Below are positions 18,802-28,341 of a stretch of DNA of 64,000 bases, piece after piece. Under the pieces are notes generated by a model. The model searched no databases, was not told the origin of the DNA, and was given only the letters and a program-made list of their open reading frames with translations. The translations under genes were made by a program, and so were the position numbers. Source of the DNA: Alphaproteobacteria bacterium (lineage in GTDB: Bacteria; Pseudomonadota; Alphaproteobacteria; MPNO01); the NCBI GenBank assembly GCA_965248835.1, contig CBDFLJ010000002.1, positions 1,568,001 through 1,632,000 of the forward strand, in the 5' to 3' direction. Numbering within the stretch: the first letter of the stretch is position 1; every line of letters starts with the position of its first letter.

Positions 18802-19806
18802 ATGCTGCGTAAAGATCTGATAAGAAGCGGCTTTATGGGTGTTGCTCTGGGCGTTGCGCTGGCCGCGGCACCGGGTGTGAACCCGGCAACGGCGGAGACC
18901 GAGCTGAAGGGGCTCGTGCCGTGGCCGCTGCCGTTCCTGCTGAGCGAGCCCTTCATCTGGTTCAAGGACGAGGTGAACAAGGAGCTCAAGGGCGAGATCA
19001 GGGTCAAGTTCCTCGGCGCCAGCGAGGTCGTGCCGGCGTTCGAGCAGTTCGGCGCGCTGCAGGACGGCGTGATCGATACGCTGCTCACCGCGACCGCCTA
19101 TTACAAGGGAACGCTTCCGGTCGGCCGCGCCGGACTGTTCTCCAACATTCCCGTCGGTGAGCGGCGCAAGACCGGCTTCTATCAGTTGATGCGGAAGATC
19201 CACGCGGAGAAGACCGACACGATCTATCTCTCCCAGTCAGGCGGGCCGCCCGGCGGCTTCCGCATCTATACCAGGGAGCGGCCGCGCGCCAAGCCCGACT
19301 TCAAGGGTATGAAGTTCCGTGGCGGCGGCGCCTATTCCCATCTGATCGGCGCGCTTGGTGGAACGACCGTGCTGATGAAGCCGTCGGAGGCCTATACCGC
19401 GCTGGAGCGCGGCATCGTCGACGGGCTCGGCTGGGCGCGGATCGGCGTCGTCGACCGGGCGCTGCACGAGGTGACCAAGTTCGTCGTCGACCACCCCTTC
19501 GAGATGGTCGACGATCCGATCCTCATCCGCGGCGAAGCCTGGCGCAAGATGTCCGCCAAGACCCGTGCCAAGCTCGAGGAGATCGGCGTCAGGATCGAAG
19601 CCAAGACGGACCGGGTGTTCGCCCAGGCCTACAAGGACGAGGACACCGCACTCGGGAAGCGCGGAATGACGTTCTTCAAATACGCCCCCGAAGACGCCAA
19701 GCGATACCTCCAATACGCCCACGAGGAAGGCTGGAAGATGATCATCAAGGCCGATCCGGTCAACGGCCCGAAACTGAAAGAGACCGGATATCGCCCGGTG
19801 ATGTAG
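18802..19806 (+). CDS. dctP: TRAP substrate-binding protein #2
   Basis: Signal peptide, FKGMKFR, EAYTALERGIVDG; GGAGG RBS. Confidence 0.9.
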   Translation: MLRKDLIRSGFMGVALGVALAAAPGVNPATAETELKGLVPWPLPFLLSEPFIWFKDEVNKELKGEIRVKFLGASEVVPAFEQFGALQDGVIDTLLTATAYYKGTLPVGRAGLFSNIPVGERRKTGFYQLMRKIHAEKTDTIYLSQSGGPPGGFRIYTRERPRAKPDFKGMKFRGGGAYSHLIGALGGTTVLMKPSEAYTALERGIVDGLGWARIGVVDRALHEVTKFVVDHPFEMVDDPILIRGEAWRKMSAKTRAKLEEIGVRIEAKTDRVFAQAYKDEDTALGKRGMTFFKYAPEDAKRYLQYAHEEGWKMIIKADPVNGPKLKETGYRPVM

Positions 19807-19829
19807 ACCGGCCTCGCCGGCAACGGTTT

Positions 19830-19857
19830 TCGGGCCTCCCCGGCGCGGGAGGCCCGA
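19830..19857. terminator. GC-rich hairpin between convergent dctP2 and hnr
   Basis: TCGGGCCTCCC-cggcgc-GGGAGGCCCGA; no strong poly-U tail. Confidence 0.5.
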
Positions 19858-19991
19858 TCCCGTTCGCGATCACGCTGCCCTATTTTCTGCCGGTGCTGAC
19901 GGCCGCCTGTCCGGCATGCGGCGCGCTTGATTTCGCGCGCAACCGGCTGTTCTCCCGGAACCGGGGCTTTCGCGAATAACCCGGCACCGGC

Positions 19992-21458
19992 TCAGATGTC
20001 GTCGATCGTCTCGCGCTCGTCCATCGGCCAGGGGTTGGCCGGGCGTTGCGGCTCCGAGCGCACCGGGCCGCGGGCCATGGCGTCCTCTAGCGAGACGATC
20101 GCATCCCCGTAACCGCCGAAATCAAGGAACTCCTCACGCGGCATGGTGAATTCGATCGGCGCCACCAGCGCCGGGGTCGGCACATAGCCGAAGGCGTTGT
20201 CCGGCATGGTGGTGACGTCGAGCATGACCGTGATCCCGCCGCCCGGCCAGACATAAACCGGCGCACCGCCGCAGGTCACCCGCGTGGCGTGGCGCTTGAT
20301 CGAGCGGGTCAGACGGACCGGGTTGACGGTCACGCCGGCGCGCAGGCTGCCGCCCGCCCCGCCCATGAACAGGACGCTGGACAGCGCCGGTTCGCAGTTC
20401 TCGCCGATCCGGTCGACCACGACCTGGAGGTCGGCGGGCATCGGCCCTTCGGCGGGCTTCAACGTCTCGTCAAGCTCGAAATAGGCCGCGTCCTGGCCGG
20501 TGGTCGAGACCATCAGCAGCTTGAGCCCGGGCCAGGCGGTCTTGTCGTCGATCTTCTCGATGATGCTCAGCGGGTCGGTAACGTCGGTGCCGCCCCAGCC
20601 GCCGCCGTGCTCGGCGACTTGGAAATAGCGCCCCGGGGTCGACCTGCGGCCGCGCACCCGGATGCCGGCGGGCGGCATGTCGAGGAATTTCCCCGATTGG
20701 TGCTCGGTCAGGACGCCGGTGATGTGGTCGTCGACCACGATGACCTCATCGACATGGCCGTGCCATTGCGGCGCGAAGATGCCGATGGTGGCCGAGCCGC
20801 AGCCGACCCGCATGCGCTCTTCCCGGTCACCGTCGATGACCGGCGGCTTGCCGGCCTGGACGCTCAGCGTGGCGCCGCCGTCGACGCTCATCTCGACCGG
20901 CTCCTTGTTGCACAGCGCGAGCATCGCCGCGCAGGTGACGTTGCCTTCCTTCTTGGTGCCGCCGGTCAGGTGGCGCACGCCGCCGATCGCCAGCATCTGC
21001 GAGCCGTATTCCGCGGTGGTCACGTGGCCGATCTGCTCGCCCTCGACCCGGATCGGGGCGGGCTCGGGCCCGATATAGCGGTCCGTGTCGATCTTGATCT
21101 TCACGCCGCAATAGGAGAACACGCCCTCGCTGACGACGGTGACCATGTCGATCCCCTCGTGCTCGGAGGAGACGATGAACGGTGCCGGCTTGTAGTCGGG
21201 ATAGGTCGTCGTCGCCCCGATGCCGGTCACGAATACCGGCTTGCCGGAGCGCACCAGCGAACCGTCCCAGACCTCGGCCGCGGTCAGGAACGGCACCAGC
21301 TCGCCGTCGTCGGCGGCGGCCTTCTGGGTGACCAGCAGCGGGTCCACACGGGTCAAGACGCCTTCGATATTGCCGTAGCGGTCGCACGCTCCGGTCTTTC
21401 CCGGGCGGATGCGACACAGCACCGGACAGGCGTCGCAGGTGATGATCTGATCGGTCAT
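19992..21458 (-). CDS. hnr: 6-hydroxynicotinate reductase-like Fe-S flavoprotein
   Basis: CDACPVLCRI.PG.TGACDRY, TTYPDYKPAPFIVS, MRVGCGSATIG, VVDDHITG, RRSTPGRYF; directly downstream of a Mo hydroxylase. Confidence 0.85.
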   Translation of the reverse strand: MTDQIITCDACPVLCRIRPGKTGACDRYGNIEGVLTRVDPLLVTQKAAADDGELVPFLTAAEVWDGSLVRSGKPVFVTGIGATTTYPDYKPAPFIVSSEHEGIDMVTVVSEGVFSYCGVKIKIDTDRYIGPEPAPIRVEGEQIGHVTTAEYGSQMLAIGGVRHLTGGTKKEGNVTCAAMLALCNKEPVEMSVDGGATLSVQAGKPPVIDGDREERMRVGCGSATIGIFAPQWHGHVDEVIVVDDHITGVLTEHQSGKFLDMPPAGIRVRGRRSTPGRYFQVAEHGGGWGGTDVTDPLSIIEKIDDKTAWPGLKLLMVSTTGQDAAYFELDETLKPAEGPMPADLQVVVDRIGENCEPALSSVLFMGGAGGSLRAGVTVNPVRLTRSIKRHATRVTCGGAPVYVWPGGGITVMLDVTTMPDNAFGYVPTPALVAPIEFTMPREEFLDFGGYGDAIVSLEDAMARGPVRSEPQRPANPWPMDERETIDDI

Positions 21459-21462
21459 CGTC

Positions 21463-24225
21463 TCACCCCTTCCCGCCCCTGTCATGGGCAAGGATGGCCG
21501 CTCGCACCCGGCCGGGCGTCGCCGGCGCCTGGGTGATGCGGACGCCGGTCGCATGGTAGATAGCCCCGAAAATCGCCGGCGGCGTGGCGATCAGGGTCGG
21601 CTCACCGATCCCCTTGGCGCCCCATGGGCCGGTCGGCTCGGGGTCCTCGACGACGACGTATTCGATTTCCGGCATGTCGCCGATCGTCGGGATCAGGTAG
21701 TCGTGCAGGTTCTCGGTCCGGCCGGGGACGAACTCCTCCATCAGCGCAAGGCCCAGGCCCTGGGCCACGCCGCCGTCGATCTGGCCTTCGACCTGCTGCG
21801 GGTTGAGCGAGCGGCCGACATCGTGGGCGGCGACCATCCGGCGGACCTTGACGGTGCCGAGCGCCACGTCGACCTCGACCGCGGCCAGGTGGGCGGCGAA
21901 GGCGTAGGTCGCGTAAGGCGTGCCTTGGCCGTTCTCGTCGGAGGGCCCGGTGGGCGGGTCGAACGTCCCCTCGCCCACCAGCACGTCCTCGCCGCGGGCA
22001 AGCGCGAGGCCCGTGAGATCGATCTCTCGGGTCGCATCGCCGTCGCGCAGCTTCAGGCCGCCGTCGCCGAATTCGATGCGCGCATCCTCGCCGACATTTG
22101 CAAGCCGCAGAATCTGGCGCCTCAAATCCTCACCGGCGCGCTTGGCCGCATTACCCGAGATGTAAGCCTGGCGGGACGCCGAGGTCTTGCCGGCATCGGC
22201 CGTCAGATCGGTATCGCCCCAGACCAGGACGATCCGCTTCATGTCGATCCCCAGCCCGTCGGCGGCGCACTGGACCATGGTCGTGTTGGTGCCCTGGCCG
22301 ATGTCCTGGGCGCCGGAATAGAGCGTCACGGTGCCGTCGCGCGTGATGCCCATATGCATGGTCGACGGGTTGGCCATCGAGGTGTTGCCGCAGCCGTACC
22401 ACATGCAGCCCAGCCCGACGCCGCGGCGCAGCACGCCGGAGGATGCGGCGTTGAACGCCTCGGCCTCCTGCTTGTATTGCCGCCAGTAGGGCCGCAGCCC
22501 GTCGAGACATGCCGCAAGTCCGCAGCTCGCCTTCAACACCTGGCCCGTCGCGGTCTCGTCGCCGACCCCGAGCGCGTTCATGCGGCGGAACTCGAGCGCA
22601 TCGATGCCGCACTTCTCGGCCATCATGTCCATCAGCATGTCGTGCAGCAGCGCCGCCTGGGGCACGCCGAAGCCGCGGAAGGCGCCGGCCGGTGTCTCGT
22701 TGGTGTAGACGCCGCACGATGTCGCGGTCACGCAAGGCACACGATAGGGCCCGGTCGCGTGCACCGGCACGCGGTCCTTCACCGTCAGCCCGAAGGAGAT
22801 ATAGGCCCCGGTGTTGAAGTCGCCGTGGAACCTGTAGCCGGTCAGCTTGCCGTCGGCGGTGCAGCCATAAGTGCCGCGGGTGCGCGAAGGGTGGCGCTTG
22901 GTCGAGGACGCCATCGACTCGATGCGGTTGTAGACCGCGCGCACCGGCCGGTCGATGTTCCAGGCTGCGACCGCGAGCAGCGGCTGGACCGACAGGTCGA
23001 TCTTGCCGCCGAACCCGCCGCCGCAGGCCGTCGGCAGCACCCGGACCGACTCGATGGGAATCCCGAGGATGTTGGCGAGCTCGTCGCGGTCCATGTGCGG
23101 CGCCTGGGTGGTGGCGGCGATCTCGAGCCGGTCGCCGACCCGCCGCGCCCATCCGGCCTCCGGCTCGATATAGGCGTGCTCGACGAAAGCGGTCTCGAAG
23201 CCGCCCTCGACGACGATGTCCGACGACGCCAGCGCGGCACCGGCATCGCCTTTCTTGACGAAGCCTCGGGCCATGACGTTGTCGTCCTGGCCGGCATGGA
23301 CGATCGGCGCACCCGCGGCCAGCGCCTGGTCGAGCCCATGGACGTGCGGGCGCACATGGTAGTCGATCGGCACCTCATCGTCGCGGATGCCGTGGACGGA
23401 CGCCTGATCGCCGACCAGGGCAAGCACCGCCTCGCCGCGGTAGCGCACCTCGCCGTCGGCCAGGATCGGCTGGTCCTTGACCGTCGGGTAGGCGCCGAAT
23501 CCGTTCACGGAAGGCACGTCGGCAGCGGTGATCACCCGCACCAGGCCCGGGTGGCTGTCGAACAACGGGGCAAGATCGCCGATCGTGAAGGCGGCGCTCC
23601 AGTGGGGCGAGCGAACGGCGCGCAGCCACAGCGAATCGGCAGGCGCCTGATCGGCACCGAACAGCTCGGTGCCGTCGACTTTCCGCCATCCGTCGGTCTT
23701 GGGCACCCGTGCGCCGACCGCCTCGCCGACCCCCGGGTTGTCGAGCTCGATCCCGTTGGGCTCGATCACGTGCCGCACGGCCTCGACAATCTTCTTGTAC
23801 CCGGTGCAGCGGCAAAGCACGCCGCCCAGCGCGTCGTTGATCGCCGCCTCGTCGGGCGCGTCGGCATGGCTCAACAGGTCGGCCGCGGCCATCAGCATGC
23901 CGGGAGTGCAGATCCCGCACTGCGCCGCGCCGTGCAGGTAGAAGGATTCCTGCAACGCCGCCATGCGGCCGCCGGCATCGGCCAGGCCTTCGACCGTCAA
24001 CACCGCGCGGCCGGCGACCTGACCCACCGGCGTCATGCAGGCGCAGACCTGCCTTCCGTCGAGCAGCACCGTACAGGCGCCGCAATCCCCTGCATCGCAG
24101 CCCACCTTGGTGCCGGTCAGCGCCAGATCCTCGCGCAGCACCTGGGCCAGTCTCCGGATCGGATCGACGCCGACCTCGGCCGGCTTGCCATTGAGGGTAA
24201 AGGCGATCTTCTCAGGCGTGGTCAT
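21463..24225 (-). CDS. Molybdenum hydroxylase with fused N-terminal 2x[2Fe-2S] domain (nicotinate dehydrogenase-like)
   Basis: GTKVGCDAGDCGACTV, QCGICTPG, CRCTGY, GGGFGGK, AFRGFG, DIGQG, AKGIGE. Confidence 0.88.
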   Translation of the reverse strand: MTTPEKIAFTLNGKPAEVGVDPIRRLAQVLREDLALTGTKVGCDAGDCGACTVLLDGRQVCACMTPVGQVAGRAVLTVEGLADAGGRMAALQESFYLHGAAQCGICTPGMLMAAADLLSHADAPDEAAINDALGGVLCRCTGYKKIVEAVRHVIEPNGIELDNPGVGEAVGARVPKTDGWRKVDGTELFGADQAPADSLWLRAVRSPHWSAAFTIGDLAPLFDSHPGLVRVITAADVPSVNGFGAYPTVKDQPILADGEVRYRGEAVLALVGDQASVHGIRDDEVPIDYHVRPHVHGLDQALAAGAPIVHAGQDDNVMARGFVKKGDAGAALASSDIVVEGGFETAFVEHAYIEPEAGWARRVGDRLEIAATTQAPHMDRDELANILGIPIESVRVLPTACGGGFGGKIDLSVQPLLAVAAWNIDRPVRAVYNRIESMASSTKRHPSRTRGTYGCTADGKLTGYRFHGDFNTGAYISFGLTVKDRVPVHATGPYRVPCVTATSCGVYTNETPAGAFRGFGVPQAALLHDMLMDMMAEKCGIDALEFRRMNALGVGDETATGQVLKASCGLAACLDGLRPYWRQYKQEAEAFNAASSGVLRRGVGLGCMWYGCGNTSMANPSTMHMGITRDGTVTLYSGAQDIGQGTNTTMVQCAADGLGIDMKRIVLVWGDTDLTADAGKTSASRQAYISGNAAKRAGEDLRRQILRLANVGEDARIEFGDGGLKLRDGDATREIDLTGLALARGEDVLVGEGTFDPPTGPSDENGQGTPYATYAFAAHLAAVEVDVALGTVKVRRMVAAHDVGRSLNPQQVEGQIDGGVAQGLGLALMEEFVPGRTENLHDYLIPTIGDMPEIEYVVVEDPEPTGPWGAKGIGEPTLIATPPAIFGAIYHATGVRITQAPATPGRVRAAILAHDRGGKG

Positions 24226-25064
24226 TCCTGGTTCTCCAGCTCGGCCAGCATGCGCCGGACCAGCGTCAAGGCGGCATCCATTCGGTAGGCGGCGGTCCCG
24301 CGCACATCGTCTATCGGCGAAAGCACACCCAGGTGCTCGGCGGCGGCGACTGCGGCCATGCCGCCGTCGATCGGCCGGCCGATCAGCGCCTGCTCGAGTT
24401 CGGGCAGCCTCCGGGCGACCGCCGAGCACGACCCGATCGCAAGCCGCGCGCCGGCGACCGTGCCGTCCGGGGCGGGCTCGACGACACCGGCCACCATGAC
24501 GATCGAGATCACCAGATACTTGCGCGCGCCGAGCTTCAGGAAGCTGCTCCGCGCGCCGTCGGCCGGCTTGGGGATCGTGATCGCGGTAACCATCTCGCCC
24601 GGCGCGCGGACCGTCTGGCGGTTGCCGGTGACGAATTCGGCCAGCGGCACCGAGCGCGCGCCGGCCGCCGAGGCGAGTTCGACGACCGCATCGAGGCTGA
24701 GCAGGCCGGGCACGCCGTCGGCGGCAGGCGAGGCGTTGCAGACATTGCCGACGATCGTGCCGGCGTTTTGCACCTGGATGCCGCCGACCTCTCGTGCGGC
24801 CCGCTTCAAACCGTCGAAGCAGGGCGGCAAGGCGGCGGCGATCAGCTCCGACCAGGTCACCAGCGCACCGATCCGGAAGTGGTCCGCGTGCTCGGTGATC
24901 CCCCGCAGCGCCGCGATCCCGGTGACGTCGAGCACGTCGTCATCGAGCGGCTTGCCGACCCGGGCCGGGTAGTAGTCGGTGCCGCCGGCGACGATCGCGC
25001 GCGGCGTCTCGTTCAGCGCCGCCAGAGCCGTGTCCAGTTCGCTGGGGCGTAGATAGCTTGCCAT
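24222..25064 (-). CDS. FAD-binding subunit of the molybdenum hydroxylase (NdhF/CoxM-like)
   Basis: AGGTD, QVQNAGTIVGNVCNASPAAD, PIDDVRGTAAYR; ATGA-coupled to the Mo subunit. Confidence 0.9.
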   Translation of the reverse strand: MASYLRPSELDTALAALNETPRAIVAGGTDYYPARVGKPLDDDVLDVTGIAALRGITEHADHFRIGALVTWSELIAAALPPCFDGLKRAAREVGGIQVQNAGTIVGNVCNASPAADGVPGLLSLDAVVELASAAGARSVPLAEFVTGNRQTVRAPGEMVTAITIPKPADGARSSFLKLGARKYLVISIVMVAGVVEPAPDGTVAGARLAIGSCSAVARRLPELEQALIGRPIDGGMAAVAAAEHLGVLSPIDDVRGTAAYRMDAALTLVRRMLAELENQE

Positions 25065-25125
25065 TTCCTGCGGGTCCCGATCAGCCTGTCGGACAAAGCT
25101 TCGCACGGCACGGTTGCCGCCGCAA

Positions 25126-25175
25126 AATTGTTCGTGTACATACAAATTAGAAGTCAACCCGACCCGACCTGTCAA
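25126..25175 (-). promoter_or_regulatory. Candidate promoter and MarR operator of the hydroxylase-hnr operon
   Basis: Minus strand TTGACA-N18-TCTAAT followed by the near-palindrome at 25130-25143 (GTTCGTGTACATAC); a matching copy lies at 30119. Confidence 0.65.
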
Positions 25176-25360
25176 GCATTAGTCGGTGCGGTCTCATTTC
25201 GGATGAGTCGTGCGTGGACCGGATCGAATCGGTGCCACGGCCCAATGCGGCGTGCTATAGTCCGGCCGCGCCGGCCCCGCGTGGGTGCCGGTTGACTTTT
25301 GCGGATCGGGGGCCATGACTCCGTTCGGCGGGCAAGAATTCCACGCGGATGGGTGGGACG

Positions 25361-27238
25361 ATGGCGACCAAGCTTGCGAGTTCCGAATCGGCCGGGAAGG
25401 CTCCCCGCAAGTCGCTCGATTCGGTGGTGATCCGGTTTGCCGGCGATTCGGGCGACGGGATGCAGTTGACCGGGACCCAGTTCACCCAGTCGACCGCTCT
25501 GATGGGCAACGACCTGGCCACCTTCCCGGATTTCCCGGCCGAGATCCGCGCGCCGATCGGCACGACCTATGGCGTCTCGGCCTTCCAGATCAACTTCGCC
25601 TCCTATGACATCATGACGCCGGGCGATGCGCCGGACGTTCTGGTCGCCATGAACCCGGCCGCGCTCAAGGTCCACCTGCGCGACGTGCCCAAGGGCGGAA
25701 CCATCGTCGTCAACACCGACACGTTCAACAACCGCAACATCGCCAAGGCGGGGTATGCCGCCGACCCGTTGGAAGACGGCACGCTCGACAACTATGTCGT
25801 CATCTCGATCGAAATCCAGAAGATGACGTTGGCGGCGGTCAACGGGCTGGGGCTGTCCAACAAGGAAGCGGTGCGCTGCAAGAACATGTGGGCGCTGGGG
25901 CTGATGTGCTGGATGTACGACCGCGACCGGCAGCCGACGGTCGACTGGCTCAACCAGCGGTTCGGCGAACGCGCGCCGGCGCTTGCCGCAGCCAACATTG
26001 CCGCGCTCAACGCCGGCCACGCCTACGGCGAGACCGCCGAGCTGCCGAGCGGCGCCCAGGCCTATGTCGTACCCAAGGCCGACGTGCAGCCGGGCATCTA
26101 CCGCGCGGTCACCGGCACCGAGGCGATTGCCTGGGGGCTGGTCACCGGCGCCCACAAGGCGGGGTTGCCGCTGTTCCTGGGCTCCTACCCGATCACTCCA
26201 GCCTCGGCATTGCTGCACACGCTGTCGAACCTCAAGCAGTACGGCGTAACGACGTTCCAGGCCGAGGACGAGATCGCAGCGGTGTGCTCGGCGATCGGCG
26301 CCTCGTTCTCCGGCGCGATCGGCGTGACTTCGAGCTCCGGGCCCGGCATCGCGCTCAAGACCGAGGCGATCGGACTTGCGTTCGCTGCAGAGCTGCCTCT
26401 GGTGGTGGTCAACAGCCAGCGCGGCGGGCCTTCGACCGGGCTTCCGACCAAGACCGAGCAGTCGGATCTGTTCCAGGCGGTCTATGGCCGAAACGCCGAT
26501 TCGCCGTTGCCCGTCCTCGCCTCGCGGACCGCGGGGGACTGCTTCTTCACCGCGATCGAGGCGGTCCGGCTGGCGGTAAAATACATGACCCCTGTGATCC
26601 TGTTGACCGACGGCTATCTCGCCAACGCGGCCGAACCCTGGGAGATCCCGGATGTCGACGACATCCCCGACTTCAAGGTCGCGCTGCGGACCGACCCGGA
26701 GGGATTCCATCCCTTCCTGCGCGATGACAAGACGCTGGCGCGCAACTGGGCGGTGCCCGGCACGCCGGGTCTGATGCACCGGATCGGCGGCATCGAGAAG
26801 AGCTACGAGACCGGGCACATTTCCTATGACCCGGACAACCATCACCGGATGACCAAGGTCCGCGCGGCCAAGGTCGACGGCATAGCCAACGACATCCCCG
26901 AGCAGGAGGTCGCCATAGGCCCGTCCTCCGGCAAACTCGCGGTCGTCGGCTGGGGCTCGACGTTCGGTGCGATCAACCAGGCGGTCGGCCGGGTCAACGC
27001 TGCGGGCCTGGATGTCGCCCATGTTCACATCCGCCATATCTGGCCGCTGCCCAGGAACCTCGGCGACCTGTTGCGCGGCTACAAAAAGATCCTGGTGCCG
27101 GAGATGAACGACGGCCAGTTGGTGACGGTCCTGCGCGCGCAGTACCTGGTGCCGGCCGAAGGGCTCAACCAGATTTCCGGCCTGCCCTTCAAGGTCTCCG
27201 ATCTCGAGGCGGCGATCCGCGAGCGCGTGGAGAACTAG
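25361..27238 (+). CDS. korA: 2-oxoacid:ferredoxin oxidoreductase alpha subunit
   Basis: IRFAGDSGDGMQLTG, YPITPAS, QAEDEIAA, SSGPG, QRGGPSTGLPTKTEQSDL. Confidence 0.92.
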   Translation: MATKLASSESAGKAPRKSLDSVVIRFAGDSGDGMQLTGTQFTQSTALMGNDLATFPDFPAEIRAPIGTTYGVSAFQINFASYDIMTPGDAPDVLVAMNPAALKVHLRDVPKGGTIVVNTDTFNNRNIAKAGYAADPLEDGTLDNYVVISIEIQKMTLAAVNGLGLSNKEAVRCKNMWALGLMCWMYDRDRQPTVDWLNQRFGERAPALAAANIAALNAGHAYGETAELPSGAQAYVVPKADVQPGIYRAVTGTEAIAWGLVTGAHKAGLPLFLGSYPITPASALLHTLSNLKQYGVTTFQAEDEIAAVCSAIGASFSGAIGVTSSSGPGIALKTEAIGLAFAAELPLVVVNSQRGGPSTGLPTKTEQSDLFQAVYGRNADSPLPVLASRTAGDCFFTAIEAVRLAVKYMTPVILLTDGYLANAAEPWEIPDVDDIPDFKVALRTDPEGFHPFLRDDKTLARNWAVPGTPGLMHRIGGIEKSYETGHISYDPDNHHRMTKVRAAKVDGIANDIPEQEVAIGPSSGKLAVVGWGSTFGAINQAVGRVNAAGLDVAHVHIRHIWPLPRNLGDLLRGYKKILVPEMNDGQLVTVLRAQYLVPAEGLNQISGLPFKVSDLEAAIRERVEN

Positions 27239-27239
27239 C

Positions 27240-28271
27240 ATGAACGTCCAGACCCCCCTCGAGCAGCTCAAGCCGGCCGATTACGCTTCCGACCAGGAGG
27301 TCCGCTGGTGCCCGGGCTGCGGCGACTACGCGATCGTGAAGTCGGTGCAGCGGACGATGGCCGACCTCCAGCTTCGGCCGGAAAAGGTGGTGTTCATCTC
27401 CGGCATCGGTTGCGCCGCGCGGTTCCCCTACTACATGGCGACCTACGGGTTCCACACGATCCACGGCCGCGCGCCGGCGCTGGCGACCGGCACCAAGCTC
27501 GCCAACCCCGACCTCGACATCTGGGTGGTCATGGGCGACGGCGACTGCCTGTCGATCGGCGGCAACCACACGCTGCATGCGCTGCGCCGCAACGTCGACA
27601 TGCAGATGCTGCTGTTCAACAACGAGATCTACGGGCTGACCAAGGGCCAGTATTCGCCGACCTCGCGGCTCGGCACCCGCTCGCCCTCGACCCCGCAGGG
27701 CTCGGTCGATTCGCCGGTCAATGCCACCGTGTTCGCGCTTGGCGCCGGCGCCAGGTTCGTCGCCCGGTCGGTCGACACCAACCAGAAGCACCTGCCCGAG
27801 ATGCTCAAGCGGGCGCATGCCCACAAGGGCGCCTCGTTCCTCGAGATCATCCAGAACTGCATCGTCTACAACGACGGCGCGTTCGCGGAGTGGACCGATA
27901 GGGCCGCAGCGGCCGATTCGCAGGTGGTGGTCGAAGACGGCAAGCCGCTGATCTTCGGCAAGGATGGCGAAAAGGGCTTGCGCATCGTACCGGGCGCGCT
28001 GGCTCTGGAGGTCGTCACCATCGGCGAGGACGGCGTGACCGAAGACGACATCCTGGTCCATGACGAGACCGACCGGGCCTTGGCAGGGCTGCTCGGGGCG
28101 ATGGAGCACCCCGACTTCCCGGTGGCGGTCGGCGTGCTGTATTGCGATCCCGCCAAGCCCTACGAAGCCGCCGTCCACGAGCAGATCGAGCAGATCAGGC
28201 AGAAGACACCGGCCGGCGATCTCAATGCGATGCTGCGGCGCGGCCGTACCTGGACCGTCGCACCCGGCTGA
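27240..28271 (+). CDS. korB: 2-oxoacid:ferredoxin oxidoreductase beta subunit
   Basis: WCPGCGD, SGIGC, HGRA, GDGD TPP motif, YGLTKGQYSPT. Confidence 0.92.
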   Translation: MNVQTPLEQLKPADYASDQEVRWCPGCGDYAIVKSVQRTMADLQLRPEKVVFISGIGCAARFPYYMATYGFHTIHGRAPALATGTKLANPDLDIWVVMGDGDCLSIGGNHTLHALRRNVDMQMLLFNNEIYGLTKGQYSPTSRLGTRSPSTPQGSVDSPVNATVFALGAGARFVARSVDTNQKHLPEMLKRAHAHKGASFLEIIQNCIVYNDGAFAEWTDRAAAADSQVVVEDGKPLIFGKDGEKGLRIVPGALALEVVTIGEDGVTEDDILVHDETDRALAGLLGAMEHPDFPVAVGVLYCDPAKPYEAAVHEQIEQIRQKTPAGDLNAMLRRGRTWTVAPG

Positions 28272-28341
28272 GGCCCCCGCGGGGCTTTACCGCCACAAGC
28301 CCTCGGCTATCATGGCGCCGATCGAGCCTCAGGAGCCATGA

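Noticed and set aside
21463-24225. Selenocysteine in the nicotinate dehydrogenase-like subunit
   Set aside because: No in-frame TGA; selenium in the E. barkeri enzyme is a cofactor ligand and cannot be inferred from sequence
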